A stretch of 64,000 nt of DNA from Dehalococcoidia bacterium (GTDB lineage Bacteria; Chloroflexota; Dehalococcoidia; Lucifugimonadales; VXLM01), in the NCBI GenBank assembly GCA_965232435.1, contig CBDDPU010000004.1, positions 2,812,423-2,876,422 on the forward strand, in the 5' to 3' direction. The stretch's first letter is position 1, and each line of letters starts with the position of its first letter. The notes beneath the pieces were generated by a model that worked only from the letters and a program-made list of their open reading frames with translations, did not search any database and was not told the origin of the DNA. This document shows positions 8,287-16,374 of the stretch, one piece after another. Both the position numbers and the translations under genes were made by a program.

Positions 8287-10713
8287 TTGGAAATTCCATG
8301 TTCGATCCGGCAGTTAATCCTAGTTGGCATCGTTGCTCTAGTCCTCTCCACATTGTCCATCTCGCCTACGACATCCGCTCATGCGGACTCGCCCGACGAC
8401 TTCGACGGCCAGACCCTCTACGTCTGGCACGAGACCGATGAATCCGAAGGCTGCCTGGACGTCAAGCACGGCGACCGTTCCGACGGGCAGGACGTCTGGA
8501 CTTGGGAATGCAACAAGACCGACGCCCAGAAGTGGATTTTCGAAAAGCGTACCGCAGGCGACTACAAGGGCAGCTACCGCCTGGTTAGCGCCCTAGGCAG
8601 CGACACCCATTGCCTGGACAACCGCGGCGACTTCACCACCGGTGACCGCATGGGCATCTGGAGCTGCGTCAGCGACACCCACGGTGCGGCTCCCAACCAG
8701 TCGGTGACCATCGCCGCATCCGGCGACGGCTACACCATAACCTTCGTGCGCAACAGCGACAGCAAGAGCGTCTGGCTGGTGACCGACCGGGCCTCGAACA
8801 ACCCGAAGGGCGGCGCCAACCAGACCACCGTGACCGACACCGTCCCCGACTCGGCGGTGTGGGTAATCAGCGCCACGGCCCCCGACGAGACGCCCAACAT
8901 CGTGCTGCCCAACCTAGTGCTGGCCAACAATAGCGACGACGATGATGACGACGATATCCAGCCCGAGAATGTCGACACCGACACCGACCCGTACGACGGC
9001 AAGACGTTCTTCCTGAGGCACCCGAGTGGCAGCGCCGTGGACTGCCTGGAGGTAGCCAGCTCAGCCCCAACCACCCCACTTGAGACCGGCGACTGCGACT
9101 ACGACGAGAACGAGGAATGGACCTTCCAAAAGCGCACCTCGGGTGAATGGGCGGGCTCCTACAGGATGGTTTACAAGCCGACCATTGGCACCAATAGGGT
9201 GCTCTGCGCCGTCATGAGCGCCGATTACACGAGCATCGACACGAATATAAAGCTCGGCCGTTGCAGAGGCGACAACGACGGCAGGGCGGACTACCAGACG
9301 TTCACGGTAGAGAGTGTGGCCGGCGGCTACGCCATCCGGTTCGCCACCGATCACCCCTATATGCATTTCTATTACACGCGGCTAGGGGTGACCAAAGACG
9401 ACGACAACAACGACGACGTTGCTACCATCCCAGCCGGCACCGCCCGCAACGGGATCGTCGCCCCGACCGCTGCGGTGACCTGGGAGCTGCTGCAAGGGGA
9501 GCCCGCCGAAGACTTTGACGACCAGATTGTGCAGATATACCAGGTGGATGGCACCTCCACGGCCTGCCTCTCGGCGACTCCGCGAAAAAGCAACTACTCA
9601 AGCTTGATATGGGTCGAAGAGGATCTGGTTAATGTCGCCGCGTGCAGCGACAGCCCCTTCCAGTTCTGGCGGTTGGAGAAGATGACGGGCGGCGCCTACC
9701 TGATACGCTCCATGGCTGCCAATCAGGTGAATTGCCTTGACAACCACAGCCACTTCGAGACCAACTCCGCCCTGAAGGCCGGGCGCTGCGCGGTCAATTC
9801 CAACTACACAGCGTCTGTCAACACCGACAGCTACCACTACTACAACCCGGTGGTGGACCAGTCGGTGACCATCACCGCCGAGGGCACCGGCTACACTCTG
9901 AAGTTCGACAATGGCACCAAGAGCTCTTGGATCACCACCGACCGGGCTGCCGGCAGTACTAGCGGGAGCGCAGAGCAGACGACAGTCGTAGACACCGTGC
10001 CTGACTCGGCGGTCTGGGGCATCGGGACGGTTGCTGACCGCATAGCCCTGAGGACCAACCCCACCTTGGTGAAACCCGTGGACCCGTACCACGGCAAGAC
10101 ATTCAGGATCAAATCACGCTACAAGGCGGGGGGAACCGGCGGCTGGATAGCTTCATGCCTGCACCCGGGGGGAAGCAAAGTCCCTAACAACAAAGCCGGT
10201 GACTACCTCATCATCGCCGGTGCAGGTGGCCCCTGCCACAGTCACAACACGGGCGTCTATAATGGCTACGAAAGCTTGGCCTCTTGGACGATCGAGAGGC
10301 GCGCATCCGGCGACTATGCAGGCTACTACCGGTTTGTAAGCCAGGCCGGCAATAAGGACATTTGCCTGGACGCCGACGTTGCCAACACCATTGACGGCGG
10401 CCTGGAGTTCACCACCACCCTCAGCACAGCGAAGACTGGCATCCACGTCGACACCTGCGTCGGCGACGACCATGCCGAAGTGGCGAGCCAGTCGGTGAAG
10501 ATAACCGTGCACAACGACGGCAATGGCGCATGGGGCAAGGACTCCTACACCTTGACCTTCGTCGAAGACACCAGCGATGACGCCAAAGAGGTATGGCTCT
10601 CGGCGATAAACTGGATCGGCCGTGTCGGCCAGCGTGTGGTGACCGACGAGGTGCACGACATGGCCATCTTCTACCTGGAGGAGCAGGTGCACGCCGTCCC
10701 CGATCGCCCGTAG
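8287..10713 (+). CDS. secreted protein with four tandem ricin-B-like (beta-trefoil, QxW) lectin modules and a poly-Asp linker
   Basis: TTG start and signal peptide ending ...SPTTSAHA. Four ~190-aa homologous modules: FDGQTLYVW..QKWIFEKRTAGDYKGSYRLVS..CLDN; YDGKTFFLR..EEWTFQKRTSGEWAGSYRMVY; FDDQIVQIY..FQFWRLEKMTGGAYLIRS..CLDN; YHGKTFRIK..ASWTIERRASGDYAGYYRFVS..CLDA. A D7 run lies between modules 1 and 2. Confidence 0.6.
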   Translation: MEIPCSIRQLILVGIVALVLSTLSISPTTSAHADSPDDFDGQTLYVWHETDESEGCLDVKHGDRSDGQDVWTWECNKTDAQKWIFEKRTAGDYKGSYRLVSALGSDTHCLDNRGDFTTGDRMGIWSCVSDTHGAAPNQSVTIAASGDGYTITFVRNSDSKSVWLVTDRASNNPKGGANQTTVTDTVPDSAVWVISATAPDETPNIVLPNLVLANNSDDDDDDDIQPENVDTDTDPYDGKTFFLRHPSGSAVDCLEVASSAPTTPLETGDCDYDENEEWTFQKRTSGEWAGSYRMVYKPTIGTNRVLCAVMSADYTSIDTNIKLGRCRGDNDGRADYQTFTVESVAGGYAIRFATDHPYMHFYYTRLGVTKDDDNNDDVATIPAGTARNGIVAPTAAVTWELLQGEPAEDFDDQIVQIYQVDGTSTACLSATPRKSNYSSLIWVEEDLVNVAACSDSPFQFWRLEKMTGGAYLIRSMAANQVNCLDNHSHFETNSALKAGRCAVNSNYTASVNTDSYHYYNPVVDQSVTITAEGTGYTLKFDNGTKSSWITTDRAAGSTSGSAEQTTVVDTVPDSAVWGIGTVADRIALRTNPTLVKPVDPYHGKTFRIKSRYKAGGTGGWIASCLHPGGSKVPNNKAGDYLIIAGAGGPCHSHNTGVYNGYESLASWTIERRASGDYAGYYRFVSQAGNKDICLDADVANTIDGGLEFTTTLSTAKTGIHVDTCVGDDHAEVASQSVKITVHNDGNGAWGKDSYTLTFVEDTSDDAKEVWLSAINWIGRVGQRVVTDEVHDMAIFYLEEQVHAVPDRP

Positions 10714-10728
10714 CCCAAGTAAATCCCC

Positions 10729-10755
10729 CAGGGGCAGGCGGGAGGCCTGCCCCTG
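10729..10755 (+). terminator. GC-rich stem-loop 16 nt after the lectin-gene stop (no U-tract)
   Basis: caggggcaggc-gggag-gcctgcccctg: perfect 11-bp stem with a 5-nt loop. Confidence 0.35.
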
Positions 10756-10769
10756 CGAATCCGCAATCC

Positions 10770-10832
10770 CCGTTCGTGGTGAGCCTGTCGAACCATGAAC
10801 CCTTCACTCTTCGACAAGCTCAGGGCGAACGG
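10770..10832 (+). repeat. second dispersed repeat family (ccgttcgtggtgagcc... and ...gctcagggcgaacgg units)
   Basis: ccgttcgtggtgagcc (10770-10785) recurs exactly at 37255-37270. gctcagggcgaacgg (10818-10832) recurs at 11002-11016. Confidence 0.8.
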
Positions 10833-10907
10833 GGCCCCCTCGCGCTAGACCAACCCTCTCCCCGCCCCTCTCCCGCGAACGGGAGAGGGGCCCAGCCCCA
10901 TCCAACC

Positions 10908-10934
10908 GTCATTCCGGCGCAGGCCGGAATCCAG
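10908..10934 (+). repeat. 27-nt hairpin repeat, GTCATTCC family
   Basis: gtcattccggcgcaggccggaatccag, identical to 8156-8182 and in the same orientation. Confidence 0.9.
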
Positions 10935-11317
10935 TCGCATCCCCTCTCCCGTCATGGGAGAGTGCATATGCATCACCCTCCGGCAGCCTCAGGAGAGCCA
11001 AGCTCAGGGCGAACGGGGGGCTCTGACGGATTTTGGGAGACGAGATGAGGGATTGCGAGTACTGTTTTTCCGGGAGTTCTTCTTCGGATTTTGGGACGTT
11101 TTCGGACATTCCCGCTTGTTTGGGCAGTCGGTGATCAGTTTTAAACTACCCCTCGCTCCCGCATCGGGTACGGGGCCTGCCCCATACTCGATACGGGGAA
11201 GACTCTCTCCCAGTACGGGGATTTATTGGATTGGCGCGTATGAATAGAATGGCACATGTGCACTATGACCTCATTTCGGGACGGGAATAGTTGCCTTGTC
11301 CCGGTCCGCAAGTGACC

Positions 11318-11346
11318 TTGAACACGCTGATGAGATGGGATAACAT
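11318..11346 (+). promoter_or_regulatory. sigma70-like promoter TTGAAC-N17-TAACAT upstream of the SMT gene
   Basis: ttgaac 11318-11323, 17-nt spacer, taacat 11341-11346. Confidence 0.35.
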
Positions 11347-11407
11347 TGGGTAACGCTTGCGCGGGTACCCCGGTACCGCTTCTCCGGCTAATAACAGGAC
11401 CGCATTA

Positions 11408-12460
11408 GTGAAAGATCTCCTCCAACTCCGCAAACTGTCCAAGGGCCTAAAGACCTCGTACCACGGATCGGACGTCAACCGTCGAGTGAAAACGTTCGAT
11501 GGATGGCTGGACAGAGCGCCGGACGGCGGGAAAGATGACTCGGCCGGCTACGACCACGCCGAAACCGTCAAGGAATACTACGACCTTTGCACTGATTTCA
11601 TGGTGTTCGGCTGGAGCGAATCTCTCCACTTCGCGCCGCTGTCGCCCATGGAGAGCCTGGAAGAATCTCAGACTCGGCATCAGCGACTGATGATCTCCAA
11701 GCTGGAACTGCAAGAGGGCATGACGGTGATTGATGTCGGATGTGGGATCGGCGGCCCGCTTCGCCGCGTCGTCCGGGAGGCCGGCGTCAAGGCCGTCGGC
11801 GTAAACACCAACGAAATCCAACTGAGCAAGGCGAGATCGTTGGACGCCGAGGCGGGAATCGAGGACATGGTGGACTACCTCACATGCAGCTTCATGAATA
11901 TGGACACCCTCGCAGACGATACCTTCGACCGCGGCTACGCCATCGAATCGACCTGCCATGCGCCGGACAAAGTGGGCGCGTTCGCCGAGATCTACCGCGT
12001 GCTGAAACCGGGAGCGCTGTTTTGGGGTCAGGAAATGTGCATGACCGACAAGTTCAATCCCGATGACCCTCGGCACCGGGACGCCAAGCGGGACCTGATG
12101 CAAGGCATCGCGCTCAAGGAGATCGCAACCATGGGCGAGGTGAACCGAGCCCTCGAAACGGCCGGATTCGAGGTCATCGAGGGGAGGGACAGGGCCGTCG
12201 AAGGAAACGGTTCGACCACTCCGTGGTTTCAGCCGATGGAAACCCGGCGAGGAACGCTTGGCAGCGCCATGCGGAGGATTCCGCTGGGCCGCAAGCTCCT
12301 CATCGGGGGATCGAGGGTGGCCGAAGCGCTGAGGGTGTTCCCGAAGGGTTCCGCGGACGTCATTGAACTGATGGACCGTACCGCCAACGCCTACGTCGCA
12401 GGCGGCAGGACCGGGATATTCACACCGCTATACTGTTTCCTAGCCCGCAAACCCCTTTAA
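11408..12460 (+). CDS. sterol 24-C-methyltransferase family protein (Erg6/SMT-like SAM-dependent methyltransferase)
   Basis: Matches remembered Erg6 blocks. YYDLCTDFMVFGWSESLHF versus YYNVVTDFYEYGWGSSFHF. IDVGCGIGGP versus LDVGCGVGGP. YAIESTCHAP versus YAIEATCHAP. YRVLKPGA versus YKVLKPGG. C-terminal GGRTGIFTPLYCFLARKP versus GGKSKLFTPMMLFVARKP. A GTG start at 11408 is preferred because AGGA lies 9 nt upstream and the promoter is at 11318-11346; the maximal ORF starts with TTG at 11357. Confidence 0.8.
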   Translation: MKDLLQLRKLSKGLKTSYHGSDVNRRVKTFDGWLDRAPDGGKDDSAGYDHAETVKEYYDLCTDFMVFGWSESLHFAPLSPMESLEESQTRHQRLMISKLELQEGMTVIDVGCGIGGPLRRVVREAGVKAVGVNTNEIQLSKARSLDAEAGIEDMVDYLTCSFMNMDTLADDTFDRGYAIESTCHAPDKVGAFAEIYRVLKPGALFWGQEMCMTDKFNPDDPRHRDAKRDLMQGIALKEIATMGEVNRALETAGFEVIEGRDRAVEGNGSTTPWFQPMETRRGTLGSAMRRIPLGRKLLIGGSRVAEALRVFPKGSADVIELMDRTANAYVAGGRTGIFTPLYCFLARKPL

Positions 12461-12591
12461 TGGTTTACGGGGTGTCTCAAAACTGGCGCTCATTGTACTT
12501 CTTGGGAGGCATCATACTTTTCTAAACGGTCCAACCTCAAGAACTGCGACTGTTTAGGTCTTCGGTTCAATCATGCTGGGCTGCCAGCCGA

Positions 12592-15500
12592 ATGATGATG
12601 AACAACAAGAAGATAAACCGGCGGCTAAACGCGATCACGTACGCCATAATCGCGACATGGCAACTTGTCGCCAAGCGCGCGCTCGCCCATTGGCGGCTGC
12701 TTTCATACGTCGTCATCGGCGTTGTTCTGGCATCTGCCATCCTCTCGGGGACCGTCATCTACTTCGAGGCCCTCAGGGAACTGGCCCTCAAGAATTCGCT
12801 GCAAAAGCGAACAACCGAACAGCTCAACATCACCCTCCGCACGAGCAGAGGTCCCACCAACAATGAAGAATACGGCAAGGTCACAGCCGTTGTAGCGCCA
12901 CTCGCGAACCGTCACGTCTCGTGGATGATTCGCGATTCCGTCCATGCGGGCCGCACCCCAACCTTCTTCCTTGGAAGCCCCGGCAGCGAAGCGGCAGCAG
13001 CAGACGGCAATGACCGCACGTTCTTCGCGTTCATAGACGACCTGGAAGAACGATTGCCTCTTTATCAAGGGTCATCGCCCAAACTCGCCGCTGCCATCGG
13101 CTTCGGCGAGCCGCTGGAGTTGGAAGCGTTGGTTCCTCTCCGCGCAATGCGGGAGATGGGCGCTCAAGTCGGCGACCGGTTCGCAGCGGTCCCCACTATC
13201 TCATCCGATATCCCACACGTATACGTCACCATTTCCGGCGTCTTCGACATAGAAGACGCCAACGATCCCGAGCTCGTCGCCTTCACCGAGCAAGTGCTGC
13301 AGACCCGCTCGGTTACGACCGACTTGCAAGTCATGCCGTTCTTCATCTCTCGTCAGTCGTTCCTCGATGCGCTCGGCGTTTCAATCGGAGGCATGACGGC
13401 CAACTACTATTGGTACCTCAAGACCGATCCAAGCCTGATAAACGCCGACAACTCGCAGCTAACCGTGGCCAATATCCAAGTCATGACAAGCCGGGCGGTT
13501 GCGGCTCTGCAAACGTTCTCCCTCACGACGGGCCTTGACGACGCGTTGATCGAGTACGACCAGCGGCTCTTCTTCAGCAGGCTTCCTATGTTCATCGTGC
13601 TCATCCTCATCGCCTTCGTGATCCTCTACTACGTCGCCACCATGTCTTCGCTCCTCGTGGAGAACCAACGTTCCGAAGTCGCGCAGTTCCGCAGCCGAGG
13701 CTCCGACACGTCTCAAATACTCACTGTTTTCATCATGGAGGGAGCGATGATAGCCCTGCTCGCGGCATTCATCGCGCCTCCCATCGCCGCGGTCACCATC
13801 AGCCTGCTGGGCCTCACTCCCGCGTTTTTCGGACTCACAGGCGGCGGTCTGTTGTCGGTTGAAATATCACCTGCCGCATACGCCCTGAGTGTCCTTGGCG
13901 GCGTACTAGGATTCGTCGCTTTACTCCTCCCCGCGCTCCAGGCGTCGCGCTTCGGCATAACACAACAGCGTCAACAGTCTTCCCGCCCTGCCGCCCTGCC
14001 GGTTTTTCAGCGGTACTATTTGGACGTTCTTCTCCTTCTCGTCGCAATTTTTCTATTCCGACAACTGACCGAACAAGGGTCGGTTGTCGCGCGCGACGTG
14101 TTTGGCGCCGCCGTGGCCGACGAACTCCTCCTCGCCGTGCCGGGCCTCGTCCTGGTAGCCTCCGCCATGGTGCTGCTCAGACTCTTCCCGCTCGCAATGA
14201 ACCTCATCAGCAAGCTCTTTTCCAAAGTCTTGCCGGTCGCGGGCGCCATGACCGTCTGGCAAATGTCCCGCCAACCGACTCACTACTCCCGCCTCTCACT
14301 TCTGCTAATTCTCACGGCAGGCCTGGGAATCTTCGCTTCGAGCTTCGGGACAACCCTCCAACGCAGCTTTGAAGAGCGAATCCTCCATGTCTCCGGCAGC
14401 GACGTGCGACTCGTAGGCGTCAACCGATCCTCCGATTCCGACGGCGTCGCCCCCATGATTGACGGGCGATTCGGCGAGGAGATCGCCTACGAGGAAATTC
14501 CGGGCGTGGAGACTGCCAGCGCCGTTCTCAGAAGGGCCGGACGCGACCTGTCCAAACAGCAGGGAGGGTCGTTCGAGTTGATCGCGCTAAACAGCGCCAA
14601 CTTCGACAACGCAGCGTGGTTCCGCGACGACTTCTCCAACGAACCGATATCAGACCTGCTCACGCGAATACGTCCCGATGAGTCAATACGCGCGCGCGGC
14701 GGCATCGAACTCCCGGCCAACGCCTCGTCTATCGGGGCGAGAATTAAGGCGGACCGAATGCAGCCCACGCTCCAGGTGGCGGCGCGCCTGAGGAACTCGA
14801 ACGATAAGCAGGCGACCTACGGCTTGGGCCTGGCCAGGTCAAGCGACTGGCTGACTCTCGATGTCCCATTGGCCACGGAGGGGCGAGAAGAATTCCTGGC
14901 AAACGGCCCCATAACGTTGGACGCCCTTTACGTAATCCAGTCCAACCTCAATATCCCGCTTCGACCCGGCACACTCCTTATTGATGACGTTCACGTCACC
15001 ACGACCGACAACCGCCAGGAATTGATCGAGAGTTTCGATTCCATCGAGGCGTGGTCTCTACTCAAGACGACGGAAGACTCGATCAATGACGAGCTGAGAC
15101 CGTCTGCGGAGGTCTTTAGTGACGTGTCGGGAGCCGCTGTCTTCACTTGGGCGAGGGGCGAACCGCTGACGCCGCGGGGAATCTTTGTCGGCGACGAACC
15201 GCCGCCGATCAGAGTTCTGGCCAGTGAAGTCTTCCTCAACGACGGCGGCCATCGCGTCGGCGATCAATTCGAAGTGTCAGTCGATCGAGCCAGGATACTT
15301 GTCACCATCGTCGGCTCCGTGGAACTCTTCCCCACGGTCACGACCGACCTCAAGAGCTACCTCATCGCGGATATCTCGGCTCTCAACGCCTTCACCGCCA
15401 GTGGCGTCGCCGACCAACCCTTCCTGCCCGAAGAACTTTGGATCGCCTCTCCTACCACCGGCAAGGCAAGGGAGAGCCTCTTGGAGAGCGTCAAGAATAT

Positions 15501-16014
15501 CGAGGGCTTCAATTTCCTCGCCGTTCTCGACCGCGAAGAGCGATTCCGCGCCAATGACGCCAGCGTCGATCCTCTCGTCGACGCCGGATGGCGGGCGCTG
15601 CTCTTCATCGCCTTCTCCGCGGTACTGCTGCTCAGCTGCCTCGGGTTCCTTGTCCACGCCTATTCGTCCTTCCGAAGCAGACAGGTGCAGTTTGCGCTCA
15701 TGAGGACAACCGGGCTGTCCGGCCGTCAGCTCATGATGATGATGTGGTTGGAACAGACCGTCATCATAGCCGTCGGCCTCGCGCTCGGCGCCTGGATGGG
15801 GAGCAGGCTCGGCGCGACAATTATGCCGTTTCTGGGACACGACGACTTCGGCGGCAAAGTTATCCCCCCGTTCGTCATGGTTATCGACTGGAACGCCTTG
15901 CTCATCACGTACGCCGTCATGCTAGTCATCTTCGCCGTCATCACCCTAGCCCTGATCATGCTGATCCGCCGTCTCTCGCTCGCACGCATTCTTCGCATCG
16001 GCGAGTTGGGCTAA
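12592..16014 (+). CDS. large ABC-type permease with two FtsX (MacB/LolCE-like) transmembrane domains and large extracytoplasmic loops
   Basis: 1140 aa with two FtsX-type 4-TM blocks, around residues 330-480 (...ENQRSEVAQFRSRGSDTSQILTVFIMEGAMIALL...) and 1000-1140 (...SRQVQFALMRTTGLSGRQLMMMMWLEQTVIIAVGLALG...). No adjacent ATPase gene. Confidence 0.75.
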   Translation: MMMNNKKINRRLNAITYAIIATWQLVAKRALAHWRLLSYVVIGVVLASAILSGTVIYFEALRELALKNSLQKRTTEQLNITLRTSRGPTNNEEYGKVTAVVAPLANRHVSWMIRDSVHAGRTPTFFLGSPGSEAAAADGNDRTFFAFIDDLEERLPLYQGSSPKLAAAIGFGEPLELEALVPLRAMREMGAQVGDRFAAVPTISSDIPHVYVTISGVFDIEDANDPELVAFTEQVLQTRSVTTDLQVMPFFISRQSFLDALGVSIGGMTANYYWYLKTDPSLINADNSQLTVANIQVMTSRAVAALQTFSLTTGLDDALIEYDQRLFFSRLPMFIVLILIAFVILYYVATMSSLLVENQRSEVAQFRSRGSDTSQILTVFIMEGAMIALLAAFIAPPIAAVTISLLGLTPAFFGLTGGGLLSVEISPAAYALSVLGGVLGFVALLLPALQASRFGITQQRQQSSRPAALPVFQRYYLDVLLLLVAIFLFRQLTEQGSVVARDVFGAAVADELLLAVPGLVLVASAMVLLRLFPLAMNLISKLFSKVLPVAGAMTVWQMSRQPTHYSRLSLLLILTAGLGIFASSFGTTLQRSFEERILHVSGSDVRLVGVNRSSDSDGVAPMIDGRFGEEIAYEEIPGVETASAVLRRAGRDLSKQQGGSFELIALNSANFDNAAWFRDDFSNEPISDLLTRIRPDESIRARGGIELPANASSIGARIKADRMQPTLQVAARLRNSNDKQATYGLGLARSSDWLTLDVPLATEGREEFLANGPITLDALYVIQSNLNIPLRPGTLLIDDVHVTTTDNRQELIESFDSIEAWSLLKTTEDSINDELRPSAEVFSDVSGAAVFTWARGEPLTPRGIFVGDEPPPIRVLASEVFLNDGGHRVGDQFEVSVDRARILVTIVGSVELFPTVTTDLKSYLIADISALNAFTASGVADQPFLPEELWIASPTTGKARESLLESVKNIEGFNFLAVLDREERFRANDASVDPLVDAGWRALLFIAFSAVLLLSCLGFLVHAYSSFRSRQVQFALMRTTGLSGRQLMMMMWLEQTVIIAVGLALGAWMGSRLGATIMPFLGHDDFGGKVIPPFVMVIDWNALLITYAVMLVIFAVITLALIMLIRRLSLARILRIGELG

Positions 16015-16374
16015 GGCGAAACCGCCTCCCACGGGTTGCGCGGTCGATTTCGTCCGACGCCGGCGAAATCAGACGAATTTGCCGCGTTTATAGCGCGTGC
16101 CCAGGCAAGGCAGGACACAAGGCACAAGAGCCATCAGACAACGGCTCCATTTAGGCAAAGTAACCGAGGGACAGAGTTGGGGGGCCTTAGCTTCGTGGAC
16201 GTTACCCGTTACCATTGCCCGCTACTTTACGGCCAGATTAGCTGAAGGTATGACTAACGCGCTGGATCGTCAAGCAGTTCGTCGGGCAGATGCTGTTTGT
16301 GGTTTGACTCTTCGACTGGCTCAAGGGAGCCAAGCTCACTACAACGGTTTTCCGCGACTTCGCAATCAGAGCCT

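Noticed and set aside
8051-8360. ORFs at 8051-8353, 8157-8360, 10593-11048, 10909-11109, 10954-11247 and 52438-52716, considered as possible small proteins.
   Set aside because: Their translations consist of repeat-encoded pseudo-peptides (VIPAQAGIQ, FVVSLSNHE, RQAQGERG, VIPTEGPNL) or run through the G15 tract. They are intergenic repeat DNA.
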